Translations under genes and position numbers: made by a program
Part shown: positions 1 through 10,039 of the stretch, piece after piece
Layout: every line of letters begins with the position of its first letter
Position numbering within the stretch: position 1 is the stretch's first letter
The notes under the pieces: generated by a model
Database searches by the model: none
The model's input: the letters and a program-made list of their open reading frames with translations, nothing else
Told to the model about the DNA's origin: nothing
Source of the DNA: Alphaproteobacteria bacterium
GTDB taxonomy: Bacteria > Pseudomonadota > Alphaproteobacteria > SP197
DNA length: 64,000 nt
Direction of reading: 5' to 3'
Assembly: GCA_964291265.2 (NCBI GenBank)
Contig: OZ219747.1
Location: 3,744,001-3,808,000, forward strand

Positions 1-1017
1 GGCGAGACGCGGAACCCCTGGAACCGGGCTTTCACCAGTGGCGGCTCGAGCGGCGGCGCCGCCGCCTCGATAGCCTGGCGCCAGGTGCCGCTGGCCGTCG
101 GCACCGACGGCGGCGGTTCCGTCCGGATCCCGGCCAGCGCTTGCGGGATCTTCGGGCTGAAGGCGACTCTGGGGCGAATCCCCCACGCCCATGCTCCGGA
201 TCTTTTTGCCAACAACGCCTGCATCGGCCCGATGGCGGGTACGCTCGATGATCTCCGGTTGATGTACGGGGTGATGGCCGGAGAGACGCCCGAGGATCCC
301 TGGTCGCAGGTGCTTGCGGACCCCGCGCCGGCGCCCGGACGCCCTCGGATCGGCTGGGCACTGAAGATCGGCAACCCGGTCGTCGAGCCGGATGTCGCCG
401 CCGCCACCGAAGTCGCCGTTGCGGCGCTGGCCGGCGTCGGCATGGATCCCGAACCCGTCGAGATTGACCTTGCATCGTCGGAGCCACAGTTCCGGGTCAT
501 GCTCGAGACCGCGCTGGCCGCGCGCGCCGGCAAGCTGATCGAGAGCCAGCCGGAGCTCTTCGACCCGACCTTCGTGACCACCGTCCGGAACGGCCTCACC
601 CGAACCGGCGCGGAGGTGCAGGCTGCCGCCGCCGACCGCTCCGCTCTCTACCGCCGGGTCGAACGCCTGTTCGAGGGGATCGACTATCTCCTCACGCCCA
701 CGCTTGCCGCCACCTCGGTGCCGGCAGAGACGGACACCCACGCGGACATCATCATCGCCAACACGAACGCGGGCCGGATCCGGGCAGGCTGGTACCCCTA
801 CACCTTCCCTTTCAACCTGACCGGCCACCCGGCTCTCAGCCTGCCCACGGGCCGGGACGGGAACGGCCTGCCGACGGGACTGCAGATCGTCGGACGCTGG
901 TACGACGAGGCGGGCATCCTCGCATTGGCCCAGTCCCTCGCGTCGCTGATCGATGTCGGGGGCCGCAGGCCCGCGCCGGAACGCAAGACCCATTCCTCGG
1001 CAGGAGTCGGTCAGTGA
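1..1017 (+). CDS. amidase signature family protein (5' partial)
   Basis: Frame is open from base 1: GETRNPWN..SGGSSGGAAA..GTDGGGSVRIPAS amidase signature; C-terminal FNLTGHPALSLP..GLPTGLQIVG. Confidence 0.92.
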   Translation, partial: GETRNPWNRAFTSGGSSGGAAASIAWRQVPLAVGTDGGGSVRIPASACGIFGLKATLGRIPHAHAPDLFANNACIGPMAGTLDDLRLMYGVMAGETPEDPWSQVLADPAPAPGRPRIGWALKIGNPVVEPDVAAATEVAVAALAGVGMDPEPVEIDLASSEPQFRVMLETALAARAGKLIESQPELFDPTFVTTVRNGLTRTGAEVQAAAADRSALYRRVERLFEGIDYLLTPTLAATSVPAETDTHADIIIANTNAGRIRAGWYPYTFPFNLTGHPALSLPTGRDGNGLPTGLQIVGRWYDEAGILALAQSLASLIDVGGRRPAPERKTHSSAGVGQ

Positions 1018-1229
1018 CCGCAAGGAGGGGTCCTGGTCCCCTGCGTCTGCGCGTGATCTCGTGTGACACGCGCGGTCGCTCTGCGTGCTGTTGAACGGTT
1101 TCTTCGGTCGCAGGATTGTCCCACGCTACGGCTGATCGACACTGTCGCAGTGGACCGTGCCGGCCCCTGAATTCCCTTGTCTCCAGGTGCGATTGACAGA
1201 GTTGCTGCCAGTGGCCACTCATGACCATC

Positions 1230-1489
1230 ATGAGATCGGTCGGAATCAAGGCGCTGAACAGCCGGCTGAGCGAACATGTGCATCAACATCCGGTGAGACG
1301 GTGCTGATGACAGACCGCGACCGGGTGGTCGCGGAACTCGGCCCGCCGAGGGAGACCCGGAGCCCGGTTCTCGCCGGCGCCTTCCTGGCCGACCTGGTGC
1401 GCAAGGGCTGGATGACGCCGCCGTCGGCCCCTGTCATGCCGCTGGCTGAAATCCTCGAGGGGCTGGACGCCGACAGAAGCGAGCGGTGA
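1230..1489 (+). pseudogene. Phd/YefM-type antitoxin, frameshifted
   Basis: ATG at 1230 gives MRSVGIKALNSRLSEHV; a frame change near 1285 continues GETVLMTDRDRVVAEL; stop overlaps the downstream PIN gene. Confidence 0.65.
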
Positions 1490-1640
1490 TCCACCTCGAC
1501 AACTCCGTGATACTCGCACATCTCGCTGGCGAAGACCGGCGTCCTCCCGCATCGCTGTGGCGCGAGACACTGGCGTCGAGCCGACTTATGGAAGTCGAGA
1601 CATGGAATAGGCTGCGTACGCACGGGCCTGCCGACACGCG
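1486..1640 (+). pseudogene. PIN-domain (VapC-like) toxin, truncated
   Basis: MIHLDNSVILAHL..SSRLMEVETWNRL PIN-like N-terminus; similarity is lost after about 50 aa. Confidence 0.6.
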
Positions 1641-1782
1641 TTGCGCTCCCTTCCGGCTATGTGCCGTTGTTGGACTCGGCAATGGCCAAAGGATGACCGG
1701 CGAGGGTCAACAACAGCTTCCTCCGGATGCAACCCTTGCATGCCCGTTGACCGAAATGCCCCACTGTGTCATACAATAAAGA

Positions 1783-2121
1783 ATGCACACAATCGCCGAG
1801 ACCCCGACCTTTAGCCGGCAGGCGGACCGGCTGTTCCGCGAGGACGAGCGGCAGGCGCGGATCGACCATCTGGCCGAACATCCCTTGGCGGGCGACGAAA
1901 TTCCGGGGACGGGAGGCGTCCGGAAGCTGCACTTCGCCGCCTCGGGACAGGGCAAGCAAGGTGGTGCGCGGGTTGTCTATTTCTATGGTGGCGACGCCAT
2001 GCCGATCTATGCGCTTCTCGCCTATGCAAAGGACGGGAAGACCGACTTGAGCCCATCCGAACGCCACGCCGTAGCCAGCATCGTCGCCGCAATCAAGCGC
2101 ACCGAAAGGGCAAGCCGATGA
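1783..2121 (+). CDS. RelE/HigB-2-like toxin
   Basis: IAETPTF..PLAGDEIPGTGGVRKL..GKQGGARVVYFY..AYAK motifs; overlaps downstream HTH gene (ATGA). Confidence 0.85.
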   Translation: MHTIAETPTFSRQADRLFREDERQARIDHLAEHPLAGDEIPGTGGVRKLHFAASGQGKQGGARVVYFYGGDAMPIYALLAYAKDGKTDLSPSERHAVASIVAAIKRTERASR

Positions 2122-2399
2122 ACACATTCGGCGACAACCTGATCCAGTCCCTCAACGAGGCCCTTGCTCACGCCACCGGCAAAGGCCCCGCCGTCGTGCA
2201 TGCGCCCGTGACGCCGCGCGAGGTTCGCCGGCAGGCCAAGCTGACCCAGGCGCAGATGGCGCCCCTGGTGGGCATGAGCGTATCCGGATACCGGAAGTGG
2301 GAGCAGAGCACGCGCCGGTTCAACGGCCCGGCGGCGGCACTGCTGCGCGTGATCCAGAAAGAACCGGAGGCCGTCAGGCGGGCGCTGTTGTCCGGCTGA
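2118..2399 (+). CDS. XRE-family HTH antitoxin (HigA-like)
   Basis: VRRQAKLTQAQMAPLVGMSVSGYRKWEQ HTH followed by GPAAALLRVI. Confidence 0.85.
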   Translation: MNTFGDNLIQSLNEALAHATGKGPAVVHAPVTPREVRRQAKLTQAQMAPLVGMSVSGYRKWEQSTRRFNGPAAALLRVIQKEPEAVRRALLSG

Positions 2400-2579
2400 A
2401 AGAGGCGTCATCGGCAACCCTGGCAGGCTGCGGAAAGTCCTGTGACTTCATCCGACACTCCCCGACCAAGTGTCCGTGTATCCGGAGACGCTCCGCACAT
2501 CGTCGTCCAACCAGAGGCCAGACCCCGGCAATACCACTGCCATTCTGGCGAGTGACTTGGAATCTCCGATTGATCAGAC

Positions 2580-3921
2580 GGGTGTGAGTTTCGTATGTCT
2601 GCTTGAAAATCAGTTCCATTGTTTCATCTCATGCGGCCAGCGCCGGGGTGTGATGTGGGCTGATGTTGTCGTTGGCTGGTGCGTTGTCGCCCTCGATCAT
2701 GGCGGTCCACGCGCTTTCGAAGCGGCCGGATTTGATGAGGGCGCGGAAGGTGAGAACGGCTTGTCCGCCGACGATGCGCCAGCGCATGCCGGAGCGCTTC
2801 ATGCGCTGTGTGACGAGGGTCTTGTTGGCTGCCTCGACAAGTCCCGAGCCGATGGCGATCCCCTGTTGCTTCAGTGCGTGGTAGCGCATGCGGTGGCGAT
2901 GCTTGCGGAAGAAGGCCAGTTCCCTGTCGATGTCGGCTCGGCCCGCCGGCTTGGCGGTGTCGCGAAGGTGGCGCAGCGCCCGGATCACCCTGTCGATGCC
3001 GCGGGGGTCGTGACGCAGGATCTCGCGGTACTTCTCGAACCAGTGGGGCGCCGCTGCATGATCGGCCGCCACGCGCAGATGCTCGCAGGCATGCCAGAAG
3101 TCGATCACCTCGGTTTCGGGTTCAAGACCAGAGAGGAAGGTCCAGTTGTCGGCGGCGGCGGCGGCGATGGCGCTGATCCTGATCTCGGGACGCTTGCGCC
3201 TGATATGCGCGACCTCGCTTGCCAGCTGCGCCTTCAGCGTGCACTTGCCGCGCTCGGGCATGCGGCCGAGATAGACGGTCTTCAGGCGCTCACCGTCGGC
3301 GTCGTGGAAGGAGACTGTGCCACAGGCCGCCTCGCGCCAGCAGGCCTCGCTACGGCCGTCCTCGCCGGCCCGCAGCGCCACCATGACGCCGTCGAGCGAG
3401 ACCGAGGCGGTGACCGCGTCCTGCGGGATGTCCTCGGCTTCCCGGATGCCATCCAGGGCCTGCGGGCCGAGACGTTCCCAACGCTCCTGCATGGTCAGGC
3501 TCAAGCGCTGCAAGGTGCTCACAGACGGCGTCACGGCGCCGAGCTTGTCGAAGAACGCCTCCGCTTCCCGCGCCGTGCAGTGGACCATCATCATCAGCCC
3601 AAGCTGAGCCGCCGGCCGTGTCAGGTCGTCGTCGACGAGGCCCAGGCTTTCGTCCACCGGCATCAGCGACCGGCGGTGTCCGCCGGTGCGGTAGCGCGCA
3701 CGCCGAAAGGTCACCGGGCCGAGCGAGGTCATGATCGTCTTCGGCGTCGGCGCCACACGGAACCAGTTCTGCCCGTCCCGCTCGATCCGGGGCGCACCGT
3801 CGTCCCGGGCCTCGGCACAGGCACCCAGGATCTCGCAGCCAAGCGCGTGCACGCTCTCAAGCACCCGCCGCTCCGTTTCGTCGAAGGCCTCGGCAGAGCA
3901 CTCTGAACCGAGCTGCCGATG
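2580..3921 (-). mobile_element. ISKra4-family element, 5' truncated
   Basis: Near-identical to 32064-33430; terminus GGGTGTGAGTTT at 2580; SLDGVMV, IDFWHACEHL and IGSGLVEAANK motifs; identity with the full copy stops at about 3921. Confidence 0.85.
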
Positions 3922-4373
3922 GAAGGTCCGGCGCTGCACGCTCAGGATGAAGCCGAGCGACTCGACATGCGCGGACGGGTCCGCCAGCGGGAAGGCAACG
4001 GTCTCGCGCTCGTCCAGATCATGAAGGTCGAAGGTCCGGAAGTCGCTCACCAGGATGAAGCGCGGGCGCTCGCGGTCCGGCAGCGCGTCGAAATACTCCC
4101 CGGCCTGTTCGTACGCTCTCCGGAGATCGCGCCCGGCGCTCTTCTGCTCGACGATGAGCACGCCCGGCCAGAACAGGTCGATGAAGCCCGAACGGTCGTC
4201 GAGCTTCGCGACATGCGCCTCGTAGCGGGCGACGTTACGCCGCCGCACGCCGAACACACGTCGAAGAAGGCGTTGTAGAAGCTCTGAGTCTCGCCCTTCT
4301 CGTAGGCCGCGTCCTTCCAGTCCTCGGCGAAGGCGGCGGCGCGGGCGCGGACCTCGTTCCAGGACGGGCGCAT
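3922..4373 (-). pseudogene. MmeI-like type IIL restriction-modification enzyme, N-terminal fragment
   Basis: MRPSWNEVRARAAAFAEDW..EKGETQSFYNAFF, frameshift near 4260, then GFIDLFWPGVLIVEQKSAGRDL..RFILVSDF. Confidence 0.8.
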
Positions 4374-4420
4374 CAGTCAGACTCGGGCAGACCCGACCGC
4401 ACCGACGGCGGAAGCCTCGA

Positions 4421-4744
4421 TCATGCGTGCAACGCACCCGCACTCCGTCCGGCGGCAACCCGGTCCCGGCGCGCCTGTGCAAGCTCGTAGCTCGCCTGCA
4501 TCCGCATCCAGTGTTCGGCGGTTCCCCAGCCGATATCCTCCAGCGCCAGCGCCATGTTGGCCGACACCCCCGCCTTGCCGTTCAGCAGGCGCGACAGCGT
4601 TCCGCGCTCGCAACGGAGCCGAGCCGCCGTACCGGTCACGTTCCAGCCCACATCGTCCATGCTCTCGCGGATCAGTTCGCCCAGGTGCGGCGGGTTCCGC
4701 ATCGGACCGACGCGCTCATTTTCAATGTCGTTCATGGTCAGCAC
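4421..4744 (-). CDS. higA: HigA-family addiction module antitoxin
   Basis: MRNPPHLGELIRE..LSRLLNGKAGVSANMALAL..TAEHWMRMQASYEL. Confidence 0.88.
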   Translation of the reverse strand: MLTMNDIENERVGPMRNPPHLGELIRESMDDVGWNVTGTAARLRCERGTLSRLLNGKAGVSANMALALEDIGWGTAEHWMRMQASYELAQARRDRVAAGRSAGALHA

Positions 4745-4753
4745 CCCATTCGG

Positions 4754-5026
4754 TCAGTGATAGTCGATCAGGTCCACGTCCACGGCCTCGCCGTCCTCGA
4801 AGCGGAACACCACGCGCCAGTTGTCCGAGACGCGAATGCTCCACTGGCCCGCACGATCGCCCTTCAGGGGATGCAGCCGAAAGCCCGGCGCGTCGGCGCT
4901 GCCCGGATGCGTTGCCTCTTGCAGCCGAAACAGTATGCGCTTCAGTCGTGGCGCGAGAGCGGCGGGCACCCGTGCGGGATTGTCCCGCTCGTGCAGCGCC
5001 CGCAGTCCCTTGTGCCTGATCTTCAT
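4754..5026 (-). CDS. higB: HigB-family toxin (plasmid maintenance killer type)
   Basis: IRHKGLRALHE..PGFRLHPLKGDRAGQWSIRVSDNWRVVFRF..DLIDYH. Confidence 0.9.
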   Translation of the reverse strand: MKIRHKGLRALHERDNPARVPAALAPRLKRILFRLQEATHPGSADAPGFRLHPLKGDRAGQWSIRVSDNWRVVFRFEDGEAVDVDLIDYH

Positions 5027-5587
5027 GGTTCACCGTAGCGCGCCACGCCACACGCCGCAAGCATCCGCCGCGTCGTCGCGTTCAGCGGTAATGCTGCGGA
5101 GCGGTAGCGGGAGCGTCCGGGCCCGCACCGCCGCCGACGGCGCAGACCGGGCGAATGACGCTACCGATGAACGGGACTTCGCGCATTGCATCGTTCCCTC
5201 GTGCTTCCTATAGTGCCGCTTGAAAGCCGCGCGGCGGTTCGCAGGACTGTCTTCGCAAGTGCGCGGCGGGCGCTGTCACTCAAGCGCCGCTCGGGCTGAA
5301 TGCCGATGGCACAACGGCTCGCAGCGCCCGACGGATAGAGCGGTCAGGCAGCACGATTGGAACGCACTTCGGCGCGGTGGTTGTCACACCCGACGCATCC
5401 TTGATGCAGGGAGCGAGGCCCGGCCGGCCTGCATCGGTCGGCAGTTTTCCGTTGCGTGACAGACGGTTGGGCCTGGCCCGGCCTGTGGCCGCGGTTTCGC
5501 GCGCGGGTCGCGTTGTCCGTTCAGGAGCGCCGTTCCGTTCCCCCGGGACGGACGGCGCCCGAGGGAACAGACAACGGAGACACGCCC

Positions 5588-6724
5588 ATGCGCATCCATG
5601 CCCCCGTCAACGAGCGGACGGTCCGCCGCACCTTCAGGGAGAAGAAACCCGGACGATACGGTCTGACCGTCATCGACAGGGACCTGCCCGCCTTCGGCTT
5701 CACCATTGCCGGGAACGGGACGAAGACCTTCTTCGTCCGGACCTCACGCCAGTTCGGCGCGCCCAGGGTGATCCTCGGCACGACCGACGACATGACCGCC
5801 GCCGAGGCGAGGGAGAAGGCCATTGCCGCCATCGCCGAAGCCGGAGCCGACCGCGAGACCGGGCCGCTGTTCGCCGACTTCGCGGCCGACTTCATGCGCC
5901 GTCAGGGGCGGCGCTGGAAACCCTCCACGAGGAAGGCCAACGCCCATCTGATCGAGCGCCGCCTCGTGCCCTTCTTCGGCGCGATGCCCGTCGCCGGGAT
6001 CGACCGCGCCGATGTGCGGCGCTGGTTCGATTCCCTCAGCGGAACCCCCGGCAGCGCCAACCGGACCCTGCCGGTGCTCTCGGTGATGATGCGGCAGGCG
6101 GAGCTATGGGACCTTCGCCCGCAGGGTTCCAACCCCTGCCGCAACATGCGGCGCTACAGGACGGCGCCGCGCGAGCGGTTCCTGTCCCTGGACGAGTTGA
6201 AGCGCCTCGGCTTCGTTCTCGACCATGCCGAGGACCGGCAGGCCGCCGCCGCCATCCGCCTGCTGCTGTTCACCGGCGCCCGGTCGTCCGAGATCGCCGG
6301 CCTGCAATGGGACTGGATACGGGACACCCGCGCGGTGTTGCCGGACTCCAAGACCGGACCGAAGGCGCTCCAGCTTCCCCCGCCCGCGCGGGCCGTCCTG
6401 AATGGCCTGCCGCGCGAGGGACGCTTCGTCTTCCCGAACGGGAAGGGCGACGGCCCGATGACCGGCCTCGGCCTGCGCTGGCAGAAGCTGCGCGGTCTCG
6501 CCGGGCTGGACGATGTGCGCATCCACGACTGCCGGCATACCTTCGCCTCCCATGCCGTGATGAGCGGCCTCGACCTCTACACCGTCGGCCGCCTGCTCGG
6601 CCATGCCGATACCGCCTCCACCGAACGCTACGCCCATCTCGCCGACGAGCATGTCCGCGAGGCGGCCGGGCGCATCTCCGGCATCGTCCACGAGGCCATG
6701 ACCGGGAAGGAGAGCGGGCGATGA
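5588..6724 (+). CDS. tyrosine recombinase/integrase 1 with arm-binding N-terminus
   Basis: TGARSSEI, HDCRHTFAS and LLGH..TERYAH catalytic motifs; ATG at 5588. Confidence 0.9.
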   Translation: MRIHAPVNERTVRRTFREKKPGRYGLTVIDRDLPAFGFTIAGNGTKTFFVRTSRQFGAPRVILGTTDDMTAAEAREKAIAAIAEAGADRETGPLFADFAADFMRRQGRRWKPSTRKANAHLIERRLVPFFGAMPVAGIDRADVRRWFDSLSGTPGSANRTLPVLSVMMRQAELWDLRPQGSNPCRNMRRYRTAPRERFLSLDELKRLGFVLDHAEDRQAAAAIRLLLFTGARSSEIAGLQWDWIRDTRAVLPDSKTGPKALQLPPPARAVLNGLPREGRFVFPNGKGDGPMTGLGLRWQKLRGLAGLDDVRIHDCRHTFASHAVMSGLDLYTVGRLLGHADTASTERYAHLADEHVREAAGRISGIVHEAMTGKESGR

Positions 6725-8022
6725 GCGGCGGCAGGCATCGTGTCCGGCTCACCGTGAAGGCCGTCGCCGCCGCCAAGCCGGCGGAACGGGAATACACCCT
6801 GTGGGACAATCTGCTGGCGCATTTCGGGGTCAGGGTGCAGCCCTCCGGCGTCAGGTCCTGGATCGTCCAGACCCGCGTCCGGGGACGCATGCGCAAGATC
6901 ACCCTCGGGCGCTTCCCCGAACTGCCTCTCGACGCGGCCCGCCGGGAAGGCGCGGCCGTGCTCGCCCGCCTGTGGGGCGGCGAAGACGTGACGCCGCCGC
7001 GCAAGGAGAAGGCGCCGCTGTTCCGGGACTTCGCCGCCCGCTACCGCTCGCGGCGGAAACACCGCTGGAAGCCGTCCTCGCTCAAGACCTTCGATAGCTA
7101 CATGAAGAACCGCCTGATGCCGCATTTCGGCAGGCTCCGGCTCGACGCCATCGACCATGCGCGGGTCTCGGCGTGGTTCGACGCCGCCAGCGCGGACAGG
7201 CCCGGCGCCGCCAACCGCGCCTTCGAGATCCTCCGCGCCATGCTCGGGACGGCCCGGCAGTGGGGCGACATCGGCGAGCATGTCCCCGATGCCTGCGCCA
7301 ACATCGTGAAGAACCCCCGCAAGCCTGTCGCGCGTTACCTCAGCCGCGAAGAGCTGGAGCGTCTCGGCGCGGTGCTGGATCGGCACCGGGAGCAGCACCC
7401 CTGGCCGGTGGCGGCCATCCGGCTGTTGACGCTCACCGGGGCGCGGCTCTCCGAAGTCATCAACCTCAGGTGGGACGAGATCGGAGAGCTGGGCGGAGAC
7501 GGCGCGAGCGCGCGCATCGAAGACTCCAAGACCGGCCCGCGCACCATCTGGCTCGGACCCGAAGCGGCAAGGCTGGTCGAGGCGCTGCCGCGACCGGATG
7601 GCCGGGAGCGGGTGTTCCCCGAGACCCTCACATCGGCAAGGCTTTACACCTTCTGGTGCGGTATCCGCGACGAGGCGGGGCTTCCGGGCCTTCGTATCCA
7701 CGACTGCCGCCATACCTGGGCCTCGCAGGGCGTCATGAACGGCGTCGGGCTCACCACCGTCGGACGGCTGCTCGGACACCGCAAGCGGGAGACCACCGCG
7801 ATCTACGCCCATCTCGACGATGGCGCGCTGCGCGACGCCGCCGCGCAGGCCGCCGCCGTCATCGCGCGAGCGATGGGGTACAAGGCGGAACCGCCTCCGC
7901 TGCCGGACGAGGCGGCGCACGGCGATGCATCGGCCGACATACCTGCGCCGTCCAGGCCCGGTGCGTCGGCATCACCGGAGGGAGGGCGATCCTCCCTCCG
8001 GGGCAGGACCGGGGATCCGTAG
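6721..8022 (+). CDS. tyrosine recombinase/integrase 2 with arm-binding N-terminus
   Basis: ATG overlaps the upstream stop (ATGA); RLTVKAV..HFGVRVQPSGVRSW, TGARLSEV, HDCRHTWAS, LLGH..TAIYAH. Confidence 0.9.
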   Translation: MSGGRHRVRLTVKAVAAAKPAEREYTLWDNLLAHFGVRVQPSGVRSWIVQTRVRGRMRKITLGRFPELPLDAARREGAAVLARLWGGEDVTPPRKEKAPLFRDFAARYRSRRKHRWKPSSLKTFDSYMKNRLMPHFGRLRLDAIDHARVSAWFDAASADRPGAANRAFEILRAMLGTARQWGDIGEHVPDACANIVKNPRKPVARYLSREELERLGAVLDRHREQHPWPVAAIRLLTLTGARLSEVINLRWDEIGELGGDGASARIEDSKTGPRTIWLGPEAARLVEALPRPDGRERVFPETLTSARLYTFWCGIRDEAGLPGLRIHDCRHTWASQGVMNGVGLTTVGRLLGHRKRETTAIYAHLDDGALRDAAAQAAAVIARAMGYKAEPPPLPDEAAHGDASADIPAPSRPGASASPEGGRSSLRGRTGDP

Positions 8023-8404
8023 CGATCGGATGCAAGCATCCGCCGTAGACCGCAGGGTATCGGGATCTGAGCTTGTGGCGGGCGTGGAGCCGATCGGGGA
8101 CCCTCAGGCGGGGTCTTTGCCGTGAAAATGGTTGGGGATCGGGCGCACAAAAACCCCTCCCCGCCAAAGCACTGCTCCCGAGGCGTCCGATACTCGCCAT
8201 CTGCGGCGCCCGTCTTGCGGAGCGTGACCGGTAGGCAACCCCGTACAAGCCCGAAGTCCCGCCCGCTCCGCCAGCCGTGCGCGTCATGTAATACCACCGG
8301 TCGTTGATCGGAACCGATAGCAGAGTCTCCCTCCTTAGCTCGACCCCTGAGCCGGCGCCTCGTACCGCAGGGGGTAACCTCCGCCGGGAGAGGCTCATCG
8401 GTTC

Positions 8405-8599
8405 TTATTTGTCGCCGCTGGTATAACGGATGGCGTTCAGAACCTCGCGAAGGTCTATGCCCAGCTTGCGGCCCCGCGGCGCCGGCCTCGGCAACAACGG
8501 CTCTATCCGAACCCATTCCTCATCGGTCAGATCGCTCGGATAACGCTTCGTCTTCCGCTTGATTACCGCCAGCCGGCCTCGCGTCCCTCGTGTCCACAT
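8405..8599 (-). pseudogene. IS5-family transposase N-terminal fragment
   Basis: KRYPSDLTDEEWVRIEPLLP..GR..DLREVLNAIRY, then truncated. Confidence 0.8.
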
Positions 8600-8642
8600 G
8601 AAAAGCCTGAATCACCTCTTGAATATCAACACAAGCCTATTC

Positions 8643-9926
8643 TCAAACGATCTCTGACTTGGAGAGGGTGCCTTGCCCGCCGTGAGTGCCTCCACGTCCC
8701 AGCGGCAAGTTCGGCTCGATCAAACACCGATACCTATCGGGATGTTGCTCGCATTCTTCCCGTACCCGGTTGAGCCATGTTTCATACCAGCACCATGTTT
8801 TCCCGACCGCGACAGCACCGTAGCCCTTTGCGGGGTTCTTTCCACCGAGCCTCTTCCATAGCTTCGTATGACTATGCATCGTGAACCGGCACCAGCCCTC
8901 GGCCTTCATTTGGTTCACGATCTCCCCCGGTAGGTATTTCTTCTTCTCGACCTCTTTCAGTGCAATGTTGAATTTCTCCGAAATTTCCGATTCGGGCGGC
9001 ACGATCTCAACCGCCAGGTCGGCGCTCGACGCTCGGTTGGCTGTCCTATTCACCATAAATACGCGGAAGGCATAGCGCGGGTCAGCCTGTTGCTCAGGTG
9101 TCATATCGCGCTCGAAATCGCCCATCATGGTCTCGACATTTGGTGGCAGCCCACTAGCCCTTTTCAGGATGGAACGCTGATCTGGGCTGAAGGTCACGAA
9201 TTGCAGGGCAATCGGCAGACGGCGTTCGAGCGCATACTGCGCTCCGAACAAGACCTTGATGACATCGTTGAAGTTGATGCAGCAGGCTTGGAGCTTCGCG
9301 CTGACGGCATCGTCGATGCGATTAGTCGAGCGATGCTCGATCTCGTGGCGTAATTCCAGCAGAAACGTCAGATTATCCTTGGTTCCTTGTTCGATTGGGC
9401 AGCGTACGTGTTTCAGGCATTGCCCCAACTCCCAGAATTTCTCGGCTCCACTGGGAGTTTTGATAACGACCTTCTGGCCGTTCTGGTTTTTTGTGTGGCG
9501 GTAATCGATCCCCTCGCGCTTGAACCATGCATGCAACAAGTACGTCCAAGCGATGATCGCGGTAACGATGAACAATTCGGTGCGGAACGTCAGACTACCG
9601 CTGTTGAAGGTGTGAACCGCCGCGATCATAGCTTCGCGCGCCTTGATGAGCAGTTCATCGCCACGCAAGGAAAGGCCAGTCTCCGCGTCAACTTCCGGCC
9701 AAGACGCGAGAAAGCCGTCCAAGTCGTCGGTGGCGGCAGCCTTGATGGCGACATGCTTCTTGCCGGTACGAATTTCGGCGATAGCCCTGTGATTGATCGA
9801 ACGGGTCGGGCGAGTGAAATAGGCAAGAATATCCTGATCGTTAGGCCAGCGACCATCGGAGATCATCGCCTTGATAAGCGCGATTTCCCATCGTTCGAGC
9901 TTGTTTCCCCGCCTGCGTACCGTCAT
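8643..9926 (-). CDS. DUF3644 domain protein
   Basis: LLIKAREAMIAAVHTFN..FRTELFIVTAIIAWTYLLHA..LLELRHEIEH motif; less GC-rich codon usage than its neighbours. Confidence 0.7.
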   Translation of the reverse strand: MTVRRRGNKLERWEIALIKAMISDGRWPNDQDILAYFTRPTRSINHRAIAEIRTGKKHVAIKAAATDDLDGFLASWPEVDAETGLSLRGDELLIKAREAMIAAVHTFNSGSLTFRTELFIVTAIIAWTYLLHAWFKREGIDYRHTKNQNGQKVVIKTPSGAEKFWELGQCLKHVRCPIEQGTKDNLTFLLELRHEIEHRSTNRIDDAVSAKLQACCINFNDVIKVLFGAQYALERRLPIALQFVTFSPDQRSILKRASGLPPNVETMMGDFERDMTPEQQADPRYAFRVFMVNRTANRASSADLAVEIVPPESEISEKFNIALKEVEKKKYLPGEIVNQMKAEGWCRFTMHSHTKLWKRLGGKNPAKGYGAVAVGKTWCWYETWLNRVREECEQHPDRYRCLIEPNLPLGRGGTHGGQGTLSKSEIV

Positions 9927-10039
9927 CCACCTACCTCACCGGGCCGTGATTTGCGTCTCCCGCCATCGTCATCCCTTAACCACAACCATATCGCAGAGGC
10001 CATGGTGCATTAGGCCCTCGTGGCTCTCAATGCCTAGCC

